In this document: positions 1-9,082 of the stretch, piece after piece | Layout: every line of letters begins with the position of its first letter | Numbering within the stretch: the stretch's first letter is position 1 | Origin: an uncultured Gammaproteobacteria bacterium | GTDB lineage: Bacteria > Pseudomonadota > Gammaproteobacteria > Pseudomonadales > Pseudohongiellaceae | Direction: 5' to 3' | Length of the DNA: 64,000 nucleotides | Assembly: GCA_963975155.1 (NCBI GenBank) | Contig: CAXBFG010000002.1 | Location: 264,181 to 328,180 of the forward strand | Notes under the pieces: generated by a model | Seen by the model: the letters and a program-made list of their open reading frames with translations, nothing else | Told to the model about the DNA's origin: nothing | Databases searched by the model: none | Made by a program: the position numbers and the translations under genes

Positions 1-167
1 TTAATTGCTTAATTCCAGTTTGCCGCAAACAAGTATTTGTTAGAATTCATGCTAAGCAATACCTCATCTTACTGCTTGTTTCTATGTGTGTGTTTAAACA
101 TAAACTTAAGCAGTCAGCTTCACGTATACTGGTGCCATTCAAGCTCATGATATTAACGAGACAAAGC

Positions 168-1118
168 ATGCAGACTCTTAAATTCAGCAATGGTGACCAG
201 ATGCCCATCCTCGGGCTCGGTACCTGGAAAACCTCTGATGATGCCATCAGGCCGGTTATCAAACAGGCCCTTGAATACGGTTACCGGCATCTGGATTGTG
301 CCGCCGTCTATGGCAATGAAAGCGGCATAGGGCAAGCCCTGAGCGAAGTTTTTGCTGACAAGGTGCTAAGCCGTCAGGACCTGTGGCTGACATCCAAACT
401 CTGGAACAACGCGCATCTGGCAGAAGACGTGGAACCGGCGCTCAGAAAAACGCTGAACGATCTGCAAGTCGACTATCTCGACCTTTATCTGATTCATTGG
501 CCGGTGGCGGTCAAACCCGGGGTCGGCTTTCCACAATCTGACGATGATTATCTGAGTCTGGTTGAAGCACCAATTATAGAAACCTGGCGAGCCATGGAAG
601 CCTGTGTCGATGCCGGGCTGGTAAAGCATATTGGGGTGTCAAATTTTAGCGCTGCAAAACTGCAGGATCTGGTAGCCCTGTGTCGCATCAAACCGGAGAT
701 GAACCAGGTGGAATTACATCCCCTGCTACAACAACCTGAACTGAAAGATTACTGTGATGTAGAAAATATTTTTCTGACCGCCTATGCGCCACTGGGTTCC
801 GGCGACAGACCGGCTTTTTTCCAAAATGCCGATAGTCCCGTTCCGCTTGAACTGCCGCTTATTAAAGCCATCGCAGACCAACATCAGGCCAGCCCGGCAC
901 AGGTCTTACTGGCCTGGGCTATGCAGCGTGGCACGGCTGTGATTCCTAAAACGGTTAAGCCTGCACGCATGCAAGAAAACCTCGCAGCTGCCAAACTCAC
1001 GCTTAAACCTGAAGAAATGGATCAGATTAAGAATCTGGATCAGCATTGCCGACTTCTGGATGGCAGACTCTGGGGTGGTCCTTACAGCTATGAATACCTT
1101 TGGGACGAACCCGAATAG
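168..1118 (+). CDS. Aldo/keto reductase family oxidoreductase
   Basis: ORF 84..1118. AKR hallmarks are MPILGLGTWK, HLDCAAVYGNE, LYLIHWP, GVSNF and IPKT. The ATG at 168 gives the usual ~316 aa length. Confidence 0.9.
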   Translation: MQTLKFSNGDQMPILGLGTWKTSDDAIRPVIKQALEYGYRHLDCAAVYGNESGIGQALSEVFADKVLSRQDLWLTSKLWNNAHLAEDVEPALRKTLNDLQVDYLDLYLIHWPVAVKPGVGFPQSDDDYLSLVEAPIIETWRAMEACVDAGLVKHIGVSNFSAAKLQDLVALCRIKPEMNQVELHPLLQQPELKDYCDVENIFLTAYAPLGSGDRPAFFQNADSPVPLELPLIKAIADQHQASPAQVLLAWAMQRGTAVIPKTVKPARMQENLAAAKLTLKPEEMDQIKNLDQHCRLLDGRLWGGPYSYEYLWDEPE

Positions 1119-1172
1119 AACCTGCTTACTTCTCCTGCCTGGATATCCAGCCCTTGAAAAAAAATAAATCCG

Positions 1173-1925
1173 ATGTTTGAGCTACTGGGTGCAGAGCCAT
1201 GGCTGCTGCTGATCATCATTGCAGCATCCTTTATAGCCGGCCTGGTTCACGGCGCAATTGGCATGGTTGGCGGTCTGTTGATGACCGCCGTTATTGCACA
1301 TTTTATTGGTATAAAAGCGACGGTTCCCCTCGTTACCTGCGCATTGATTTTCAGCCACTTCAGTCGTGGTTACATGCTCAGAAAAGATACTGACTTTAAG
1401 ATAGTGCGTCATGTTCTGTTATTCGGTCTGCCGACCGTCGTGCTGGGCTCAATCGTATTCGGCTATCTTCCACCACGGATTATCGCGCTGGTTTTTGGTT
1501 TTGTATTGACGGCTTCTGTACCCATCAAGTACTGGGCCAGACAGTATTCCATTAAAACCGGGCCCAAACTGCTGGCTGGTGCATCGGTCCTCTGGGGTGG
1601 CCTGGCCGGTAATGTTATTGGCCCGGGCTTTTTCCTGGCCCCTTTCCTGTTAGGCACAGGCATGAACCGCCTGACTTTCGTCGGCACGCTGGCAACCATT
1701 ACCCTTGTCATGAACCTGATCAAGGTTTCGGTCTTTGGCTATACCGACCTGCTCACTCCGGAATTAATTATTCTGGGCATCATTGCAGGGCTGTCCACTA
1801 TTCCCGGCAACTACCTGGGCCAGAAAGTACTGAGATGGATGACAGACGGTATTCACGAAACAATCGTGGATGTCATGACTCTCTTTCTGGTGGCCAACTT
1901 TTTTTATTTAGCATTCACTTATTAA
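1173..1925 (+). CDS. TauE/SafE (DUF81) family anion exporter-like membrane protein
   Basis: 250 aa, about 7-8 Gly-rich hydrophobic helices. Length and pattern are typical of the sulfite exporter TauE/SafE family. Confidence 0.65.
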   Translation: MFELLGAEPWLLLIIIAASFIAGLVHGAIGMVGGLLMTAVIAHFIGIKATVPLVTCALIFSHFSRGYMLRKDTDFKIVRHVLLFGLPTVVLGSIVFGYLPPRIIALVFGFVLTASVPIKYWARQYSIKTGPKLLAGASVLWGGLAGNVIGPGFFLAPFLLGTGMNRLTFVGTLATITLVMNLIKVSVFGYTDLLTPELIILGIIAGLSTIPGNYLGQKVLRWMTDGIHETIVDVMTLFLVANFFYLAFTY

Positions 1926-1966
1926 CAAGCATTGGTATACTCGGACAAGCTTCAAGGGAGACTTAG

Positions 1967-2776
1967 ATGACCACACTGAGCACTTTCAGAATAACAACAT
2001 ATTTTAGCTGCGCATTAGCGCTTTGCCTGACACTGCTACCTGGAATGTCCACTGCCCAGCTGGCAGAACCGAATGCCATGGGTACCAGCATGGGACATTT
2101 ACACTTCCAGGCCGCTGATGCAGAAGCAGCCGGAGAATTCTGGCAAAAACTCGGGGCACAGCAGGTTCAGAATGGCCCTTTAAACATGTATGGCATACCG
2201 GGTGTGCTGATACTGGTCCGCGAAGCAAGACCCAGCAGTGGCTCGGCAGGCAATATGATTATTCATGTCGGCTTTCATGTGCCTGATGTGAATGCTGCTT
2301 ACGAAGGCTGGCAGGCTGCTGGTATTGATGTAGAACGAGGCGGGTTCCCCGGACAACTCTGGGTTCACGGCCCGGATGGCCTGTTAATTGAAATTCTTCA
2401 GAACACTGAAATTAATACACCGATTCAGATGCATCATATCCACTGGGAAACGCCTGATATTGCAGCCATGCAGGCCTGGTACAGCGATATGTTTGGAGCC
2501 GTACCCGGCATGCGTGGTAATTTCCAGGCCGCCGATATCCCCGGTGTTAATCTTACTTTCAATCAGGCTGAAGCCCCGGTGCAGGCAACGCAGGGAACTG
2601 TGCTGGATCATATCGGATTTGAAGTCAGTGATTTAAGCGCCACCATTGCCAAACTGGAAGCAGCGGGTATCACAGTTTCCGGCTATCGGGAAATTGAAGC
2701 GGCCAATCTGACCATTGCCTTTTTAACTGATCCCTGGGGAACTTATATTGAATTAACTCAGGGACTGGAGCCTTAA
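1967..2776 (+). CDS. Secreted two-domain VOC (glyoxalase/bleomycin-resistance/dioxygenase) family protein
   Basis: N-terminal signal peptide ending in AQ. Two repeated beta-alpha-beta-beta-beta modules (HLHFQ...HVGFHV and IHW...HIGFEV) are typical of the VOC fold. Confidence 0.7.
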   Translation: MTTLSTFRITTYFSCALALCLTLLPGMSTAQLAEPNAMGTSMGHLHFQAADAEAAGEFWQKLGAQQVQNGPLNMYGIPGVLILVREARPSSGSAGNMIIHVGFHVPDVNAAYEGWQAAGIDVERGGFPGQLWVHGPDGLLIEILQNTEINTPIQMHHIHWETPDIAAMQAWYSDMFGAVPGMRGNFQAADIPGVNLTFNQAEAPVQATQGTVLDHIGFEVSDLSATIAKLEAAGITVSGYREIEAANLTIAFLTDPWGTYIELTQGLEP

Positions 2777-2833
2777 GTTTTAATAAACTTTGTTTAGGCT
2801 TTCCTGAACGCTGACCATATATCCGGAGAAGAC

Positions 2834-3124
2834 ATGATTGCTACTTTAGTTACATTTACCTATACCGACAATTTCAATAAGGATCAGCTTCGCAGCATTG
2901 CTGAAAAAGTAAGAGGCAAATTCGAGAACATGCCCGGCCTGCGTTCAAAAGCATTCACTATCAATGTAGCAAAAAAGCAAGGCGTTAATTTTTACCTCTG
3001 GGATGATGAAAGTGCCGCCAGAAATTTTTTCTCGGAACAGACTCTGGAAGGCGTTACAAAAGCATACGGCGTCAGACCCAGTGTCGAATTTCTGGAGCTG
3101 GCGACCCTGGTCGACAACAGCTAA
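2834..3124 (+). CDS. YdhR-like putative monooxygenase (dimeric alpha-beta barrel)
   Basis: 96 aa. The pattern PGLRSKAF...GVNFYLWDDESAARNFF parallels E. coli YdhR (GFLWKVW...GGIYLFTDEKSALAYL). Confidence 0.6.
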   Translation: MIATLVTFTYTDNFNKDQLRSIAEKVRGKFENMPGLRSKAFTINVAKKQGVNFYLWDDESAARNFFSEQTLEGVTKAYGVRPSVEFLELATLVDNS

Positions 3125-3200
3125 AAAAGAACCAAAAACATGCAGTGGAAGTGCTAAGCTTGCCGCACCTTTAATCCGGATATTCGGGCAATAGCAAAGC

Positions 3201-3731
3201 ATGGCCACCAAACCTACCATCTACAAATGTCGTATAGATCTGTCTGATCTTAATCGTAACCATTACGAAACACTAAACCTGACCGTCGCCCTGCATCCAT
3301 CTGAAACACTGGAGCGCATGATGGCTCGCATCATTGCTTACTGTATAAATGTCCGCGAACATCTAATCTTCAGCAAAGGTATCAGTGATCCCGATGAGCC
3401 CGCCTTGTGGCAACACAGCCTGAATGGAAGCCTGGAACTCTGGATAGATGTTGGCGAGCCTCAGCTGGACCGCATTAAGAAAGCCTCCGGTCTTGCCAGA
3501 GAAGTACTGGTCTACAGCTTCAATAGCAAAGCCGACACCTGGTGGCAGCAGGACAGGGACAAGTTCAATAAACTCAAGGCTATTTTCTATCGCTTCGACT
3601 GGGTACAGATTCAGGCGCTTAGCAAGCTTGTGGAGCGCACCATGGAGATGTCTGTCACCCTTACCGGTGACTCGGCATACGTGACTACAGATAAGGGTGA
3701 TTGTGAATTAAGCTGGGTTGAATTGAGCTAG
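3201..3731 (+). CDS. yaeQ: YaeQ family protein
   Basis: 176 aa. The N-terminus MATKPTIYKCRIDLSDLNRNHYETLNLTVALHPSET is characteristic of YaeQ. Confidence 0.85.
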   Translation: MATKPTIYKCRIDLSDLNRNHYETLNLTVALHPSETLERMMARIIAYCINVREHLIFSKGISDPDEPALWQHSLNGSLELWIDVGEPQLDRIKKASGLAREVLVYSFNSKADTWWQQDRDKFNKLKAIFYRFDWVQIQALSKLVERTMEMSVTLTGDSAYVTTDKGDCELSWVELS

Positions 3732-3746
3732 GCGCTAGCCACAATT

Positions 3747-5978
3747 TCAGAAACGAAGATTGCGGCTGTATTTCACAACCAGCTCTGAATCAACAGGATT
3801 TAATTCCTTAAAAGCACCGGAGCTGGAATCAAAATTGTAGTTAACAACCAGGTACAGATTCTCACCAGCACGCGGATTCCAGCGTAATCGGCTGTTAATA
3901 CCTGCCGAACCTGAACCATTGTCGTATTGCAGCAGATTTACCCAGGACCATCTGGCATTAAAAGCAAAACTGGCATTCATAGTGATCAGGCGGGTGATGA
4001 AATCTCCTGCAGGTAATGAGGCGTGCGTGAAATTATAGGCAAAGTCGAGTGACAGGTTACGATTCGGATTCCAGCCTACACCAGCATTTACTACACGACT
4101 ATCCCCATCATAGAACTCACCTTCCCGATAGGTAAGATTGGGGGCAATATTACGGTTTCTGCTAGACCTGATCATAAGCTGCGCGTAGTCAAAGGAATAA
4201 TTGCCAGCCGGTATAAAGATACCCGGCTGAATCTGAAAAGGCTGGGTAAGCCCTTCCCTGTCCCTTTGCAGCATGATAAATACCAGATCACCCTGCATGG
4301 TATCAAAAGCCAGGGGGTTAAACTGAATGAAACCACTTTGCAATTCTCCGGTCGCAACATCCCGAATCTCATCGCCTCTCAGTACAAAGGTCAGATTCCG
4401 TATAAATGGATTCGCATCCAGAAAATACCGGTAATTGCTTGAAAAGGCTGCTCGTTCAATGCCTTTACGGTTGGCGAAACCCAGGCTCGGATTGAACTGA
4501 TCACCGATATAGCTGTAATCCAGTTCCAGACTGGCCCCGGTTCCCTGTGTTGAATAATTAACATTGGCGTTATAGGCCTTGTCATCGCCGTCAAGTCCTT
4601 GCGTATCGGTTTGCTGGTACCACAGATCACTGGTCAGCGTATGACTGTTGGAGAACTGGGTATTACGGTAGGTAAAATCAACGCCAGCCAGTGAGTTATC
4701 GGTAAGACTATTGGGATCTCCGTTGGTGAATATGGCGCCTATTCTGGATTCCGAAAGAATATTCGAGGTGATACGACCCACGAACACATCCTGTCCTTCC
4801 AGACCAATACGATCACCCTGTTGTATCGCCAGTGCACCAATACTGAGATTGCCCACGCGTCCGGCCAGTTTTCCACCTACATCGATATCAACCGGCTGTC
4901 CGCTGGCAGGGTTAAGACCGATACGTCTTGAATAAAACGGGATGCCATTGCGAAGCTTGGCGCCTGGTGGTGCCGTACCACCGCTGCTGCTCGAAACACC
5001 GATATTTCCAAAACTGAATATCTCGGAATCCTGCAGGAAAAAATCGCGCTTTTCTGGAAAAAACAGCGAAAAACGCGTCAGGTTTACCTGCCGGTCATCG
5101 ACTTCGGTGGCTGAAAAATCGGTATTCAGCGTCAGTACACCGGTAAGGTTTGGGGTGAATTTGTAGAACACATCCAGCGAAGGGTCCACACGATCTTTAG
5201 TATCACCGGTCACTTGATTCTCTGCCTGGGCAACTGTAATAGAAGGCACAATATCCAGGCCCAGCCCCTGGCGGATCTCATTTATTCCTGCGACCTGACC
5301 TGCTGTGGAAGGATTGGTACTACGATTAAATGAAGACCAGTAAATTCTTTCGTTTTTACGTGCGATTGAACGTCCCAGATTGAGTCCCCATTCGTCTGTA
5401 TTCGGGTCGAAATTAAGTGTGGTGAAAGGAATGATCATTTCCGTCGTCCAGCCCTGCTCATCAATTCTGGACTCAACCTGCCAGATACCGCTCCAGTCAC
5501 CATTAAAGGTGCTGGCACTTTCCCAGACGCCTTCACTGCGTACACCATTGGGATTGGTCTGAAAATAAAAGGCTGTGCGATCGTTGTTAAAGGTATCCAG
5601 AAGAATATCTGCAGTATCATCTCCATTCACGTTCTGGCCCTGAATAAGCTGGTTGGCCCTGATCAGTGAGGGATCCCCATCATAAAGACGTGCCGCCATA
5701 TAAAAGTTATTTTCATCATAGGTGATGTAATATTCGCTCACTTCGGTGGGCTCGCCATGATCAACCGGCTGAACCTGATGAAAGTCAGTGATCACAGTAG
5801 CTTCACGCCAGATAGGATCATCCAGCAGCCCATCAAGAACGGGTCTTAAAGTGGTTTTACGTATTTCGGCCAGCTTGATTTCAGAATTTTGTGGCGTAGC
5901 AGTTGATGAACTGCTCTGCGCCAGCGCAATCATTGGGCAGATAGATAAAATCAGAACGATGAGCCGATACAGCTTCAA
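3747..5978 (-). CDS. Large secreted/outer-membrane protein, CBM9-like N-terminal domain plus DUF5916-like beta-rich region
   Basis: 743 aa with a signal peptide (ALAQ). The N-terminus matches the carbohydrate-binding family 9-like pattern (LDGLLDDPIWREA). The remainder is long, beta-rich and aromatic-rich and ends ...NLRF. Confidence 0.6.
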   Translation of the reverse strand: MKLYRLIVLILSICPMIALAQSSSSTATPQNSEIKLAEIRKTTLRPVLDGLLDDPIWREATVITDFHQVQPVDHGEPTEVSEYYITYDENNFYMAARLYDGDPSLIRANQLIQGQNVNGDDTADILLDTFNNDRTAFYFQTNPNGVRSEGVWESASTFNGDWSGIWQVESRIDEQGWTTEMIIPFTTLNFDPNTDEWGLNLGRSIARKNERIYWSSFNRSTNPSTAGQVAGINEIRQGLGLDIVPSITVAQAENQVTGDTKDRVDPSLDVFYKFTPNLTGVLTLNTDFSATEVDDRQVNLTRFSLFFPEKRDFFLQDSEIFSFGNIGVSSSSGGTAPPGAKLRNGIPFYSRRIGLNPASGQPVDIDVGGKLAGRVGNLSIGALAIQQGDRIGLEGQDVFVGRITSNILSESRIGAIFTNGDPNSLTDNSLAGVDFTYRNTQFSNSHTLTSDLWYQQTDTQGLDGDDKAYNANVNYSTQGTGASLELDYSYIGDQFNPSLGFANRKGIERAAFSSNYRYFLDANPFIRNLTFVLRGDEIRDVATGELQSGFIQFNPLAFDTMQGDLVFIMLQRDREGLTQPFQIQPGIFIPAGNYSFDYAQLMIRSSRNRNIAPNLTYREGEFYDGDSRVVNAGVGWNPNRNLSLDFAYNFTHASLPAGDFITRLITMNASFAFNARWSWVNLLQYDNGSGSAGINSRLRWNPRAGENLYLVVNYNFDSSSGAFKELNPVDSELVVKYSRNLRF

Positions 5979-6305
5979 TAGGATTGCTCCGCTTTGGATT
6001 GTTGCAAATCAACAATGAACGGTGCAGGAGTATAATAACTTCACAGGTAAATTGAAGTTATTAGAGACGAAAGCAGAAAGTTCCATAATTTCTCCTTATT
6101 TCTCATTGATTTAACAGGCTCTGTGTCTTCTTTTATGCAGGCAGGAACAGAATGTGCAGGATGCTGCCCGGTCCCGTTAAGTAAAGTTGTCGATTTGTGT
6201 GTCTGCCTGCAAACTGCCGCTGATTGCACAATAGCCTGCCTTAGCTAATTTTTTGTTTTGGTGCTAGATTGAATCTTCACTGAATGAACCTGTACGACAA
6301 AGCCT

Positions 6306-7622
6306 ATGGAATTTAGTTTTCAGTCAATTTCCCAAATGTTATCCACACTGCCGGGCAAGCTTGCTGACTGGTCTTCTCAAACTGATGCCCTGTATCAGAT
6401 TATCATTCTGGTAATCCTCTACGGTCTTGCCCTGATCATTGCAAAAAAAATTGAACCCCGTCTGGAGGTCTATGCCAGAAAAATCAAGGGTTACCCCGGC
6501 CTGTTGCGGGTTGTTATCTCGATTTTACGCCGCTCCAACTGGGTTTGTTTTGTTTTCGAGCTCGCCATTGTGCTGGCCCTCATTACCGGTATGGGATGGC
6601 GTGAGCAAAGTTATCTGATCTATCTTGCCCTGCTTTTATCGTTAGCATGGCTGATCATCTCAGTCGCCACTCAATCCATCAGAAACCGCTCCCTTAGTCA
6701 GCTGGTAGCACTGATGGGCTGGGCATACGTGGCGATTACCATACTTGGCATCACAGAAAATACCACGCTCTTCCTTGACGCTGCAGGTTTCACCATCGGT
6801 GAATTTCGCATCTCACTACTGCTTGTTTTCAAGGTCTTTGTGTTTCTGGGTGTCACCTTCTGGATAGCCATTTCAACAGGCAATTTCCTTGACCGTCGTA
6901 TTCAAAAAAATGACGAACTGACCCCTAGTCTGCGTGTGCTGATCGGCAAGATTTTAAAAATCACCCTGATTTTTATTGCGGTGATGGTAGCCATCTCAGG
7001 AATCGGAATAGACCTTACCGTTTTTTCAGTGCTATCTGGCGCTATCGGTGTCGGCATCGGTTTTGGTTTCCAGAAAGTTATCTCCAATTTTATTTCCGGA
7101 CTGATTATCCTGGCTGACCGCTCTATCAAACCGGGTGACACCATTTCTCTGGGAGATACCTTTGGCTGGATACGTGAACTAAGAGCGCGCTTTGTCTCAG
7201 TAGTGACCAGGGATGGCAGAGAATTTCTGATACCTAACGAGGATTTTATTACCCGTGAAGTTATCAACTGGTCCTTCTCGGATGATATGGTCAGGCTGGA
7301 TGTGCCCTTTGGCGTTTCCTATGACTCAAACCCTCATCAGGTAACTGAATTAGCTATTCTGGCAATCAAGCAGGTTGATCGTGTGATAGAAACACCATCG
7401 CCAGTATGCTGGCTAACAGGCTTCGGCGATTCATCGCTGGATTTTCTTCTACGATTCTGGATCCGGGACCCTCAAAACGGCTTAACCAATATACGTGGCC
7501 AGGCCTTGTTGGCGCTATGGGATACCTTTAAAGAACACGGCATCAAAATTCCTTATCCGCATAGAGAAGTTATTATGAACACGCCTGTTTCCATCACAAC
7601 AAAGGATAAGAACCTGGATTGA
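6306..7622 (+). CDS. Mechanosensitive ion channel (MscS family)
   Basis: 438 aa with multiple N-terminal TM helices. The conserved MscS pore/beta domain reads ISNFISGLIILADRSIKPGDTISLGDTFGWIRELRARFVSVVTRDGREFLIPNEDF. Confidence 0.88.
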   Translation: MEFSFQSISQMLSTLPGKLADWSSQTDALYQIIILVILYGLALIIAKKIEPRLEVYARKIKGYPGLLRVVISILRRSNWVCFVFELAIVLALITGMGWREQSYLIYLALLLSLAWLIISVATQSIRNRSLSQLVALMGWAYVAITILGITENTTLFLDAAGFTIGEFRISLLLVFKVFVFLGVTFWIAISTGNFLDRRIQKNDELTPSLRVLIGKILKITLIFIAVMVAISGIGIDLTVFSVLSGAIGVGIGFGFQKVISNFISGLIILADRSIKPGDTISLGDTFGWIRELRARFVSVVTRDGREFLIPNEDFITREVINWSFSDDMVRLDVPFGVSYDSNPHQVTELAILAIKQVDRVIETPSPVCWLTGFGDSSLDFLLRFWIRDPQNGLTNIRGQALLALWDTFKEHGIKIPYPHREVIMNTPVSITTKDKNLD

Positions 7623-7719
7623 CCAGTTGGGATGATTGACCTGGAAATTTAAGGTGCCAGTTCTATTTTTTTAGTTTTTCTATTTATTTCGGACAAAAAA
7701 GCATTAGATCAGTAATTTA

Positions 7720-8565
7720 TTATTCTATATAGGGCAATAAAGTATTCATTAACATTCTGTATTTTCCATTTGCACCCGCGCTGTCACTGTCTGCCAGATC
7801 CTTGCGCAGGGACTCATATTCCAACACAAGCAAGTCGCTTTCAATGCTGGCCAGCCTTTGCATACCTGCTAAGGATTTTTGTAATGAAACCGCTCCGGAT
7901 TCCAGTTGAAAACTGCTGTACACAGCCCAGCCTAAATTAAAATATCCTCTGTGTAGCCGGACAACGGCTTCCTCCCAGGTCTGGGAATTCGTACAACTGC
8001 TTCTGCTTATATCAGCCTGATTGGCTTCTGAAAAAAAACGCTCCACAACATATAAATAAACGTCCATGTGTTCAGCATTCTCATACATGTTATGAGCATT
8101 AGTACACTGCAGGTCATTAACCGGGCAAATACTTAATTGTTCAAAGACCTGATACAGCAAACCGGCCTGAGTGGTGTTTAAATCATCACCAAATATTAAA
8201 CATTGGGCATCCTGCTCCTGCCTGTTAAAGTTGCAGGTAGATGGCCACGCGTAAGCTTTATTTTTAAAACCATCTAATAACCACTGCATGTTATCCATGT
8301 TGAATAAGCTGCTATCGTAGTCAAAAACGTAGTTAAAATTAGTCAGGAGCCGGCATTGCAGCCTGCCCGCCTCAAGCCCCGTTATTCGATCCATGTAGAA
8401 CTGAGCCATTTCACGATTGCCGGATTCCAGATTATTTACAATAAGCTGAGCGTCACTCTGAGCTAAGGCAGCATTTGCACCCGATAAAAACAGCACGACT
8501 AAATAAATAATCAGCAAATTAGCTTTGCGTTTAGGAATGGTCACGAGTGAAGCCTCAAAATCCAA
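7720..8565 (-). CDS. Hypothetical secreted Cys-containing protein
   Basis: 281 aa with a signal-anchor/signal peptide (KRKANLLIIYLVVLFLSGANAALAQ) and 8 Cys in the mature part. I recognise no family. Confidence 0.5.
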   Translation of the reverse strand: MDFEASLVTIPKRKANLLIIYLVVLFLSGANAALAQSDAQLIVNNLESGNREMAQFYMDRITGLEAGRLQCRLLTNFNYVFDYDSSLFNMDNMQWLLDGFKNKAYAWPSTCNFNRQEQDAQCLIFGDDLNTTQAGLLYQVFEQLSICPVNDLQCTNAHNMYENAEHMDVYLYVVERFFSEANQADISRSSCTNSQTWEEAVVRLHRGYFNLGWAVYSSFQLESGAVSLQKSLAGMQRLASIESDLLVLEYESLRKDLADSDSAGANGKYRMLMNTLLPYIE

Positions 8566-8620
8566 GTTTCAGTCTAAACTAACCCTCAATTTTTATTAAT
8601 TCAAGGTATGTCTACACCAA

Positions 8621-8892
8621 ACTGAACGCGAGAGCCTTATCAGCGAGCTGGATAGTCCTCTGTGGCTCGACCCCTAAGCAACTGGACGCGAAAAAAGGAG
8701 TTATTTACCTAAAGAATGGTTTGGTGCCCAGGAGAGGGTGAAGTCTGCCGTTTATGAAGCGCAGCTTCATGGCAGACTGAACGCGAGCGCCTTATCAGCG
8801 AGCTGGATAGTCCTCTGTGGCTCGACCCCTAAGCAACTGGACGCGTAAAAAAGAGTTATTTACCTAAAGAATGGTTTGGTGCCCAGGAGAGG
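8621..8892. repeat. Tandem duplication (period 155 bp) of the tRNA-Leu 3' end plus ~100 nt of downstream flank
   Basis: 8621-8737 and 8776-8892 are near-identical. Each copy ends in TGGTGCCCAGGAGAGG, the reverse complement of the last 16 nt of the tRNA. A 38-nt hairpin-forming spacer lies at 8738-8775. Confidence 0.9.
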
Positions 8893-8963
8893 ACTTGAAC
8901 CTCCACGACCTTTCGATCACTAGCACCTGAAGCTAGCGTGTCTACCAATTCCACCACCTGGGC
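8877..8963 (-). tRNA. tRNA-Leu (anticodon CAG)
   Basis: The reverse complement folds as a cloverleaf. Acceptor stem is GCCCAGG/CCTGGGC. Anticodon arm is CTAGC-TTCAGGT-GCTAG. There is a long variable arm, a T arm GGAGGTTCAAGTCCTCT, and an encoded CCA. Confidence 0.93.
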
Positions 8964-9082
8964 CTGAGAAGTGAACTGCAATTTGCAGGGGGCGCAATTT
9001 ACCGATTCTACCCTGCTCTGTCAATGTCGTTTAAGCACCCGAGTGCTATACTAGCCCCTTATTCATCTACACGCAGGCTTGC

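Noticed and set aside
6902-7267. Long antisense ORFs inside well-supported genes (for example 6902..7267, 14425..14832, 25507..25935, 61340..61744)
   Set aside because: They lie fully within strongly supported genes on the opposite strand. They have low-complexity Ser/Arg/Pro-rich translations and no start context, which is typical of shadow ORFs.
8722-8737. Partial tRNA-Leu 3' end as the attR/attL of an integrated genomic island
   Set aside because: Only 38 nt of unique sequence lie between the two copies, and the non-tRNA flank is duplicated as well. There is no integrase or cargo. I treat it as a tandem duplication or an old scar.
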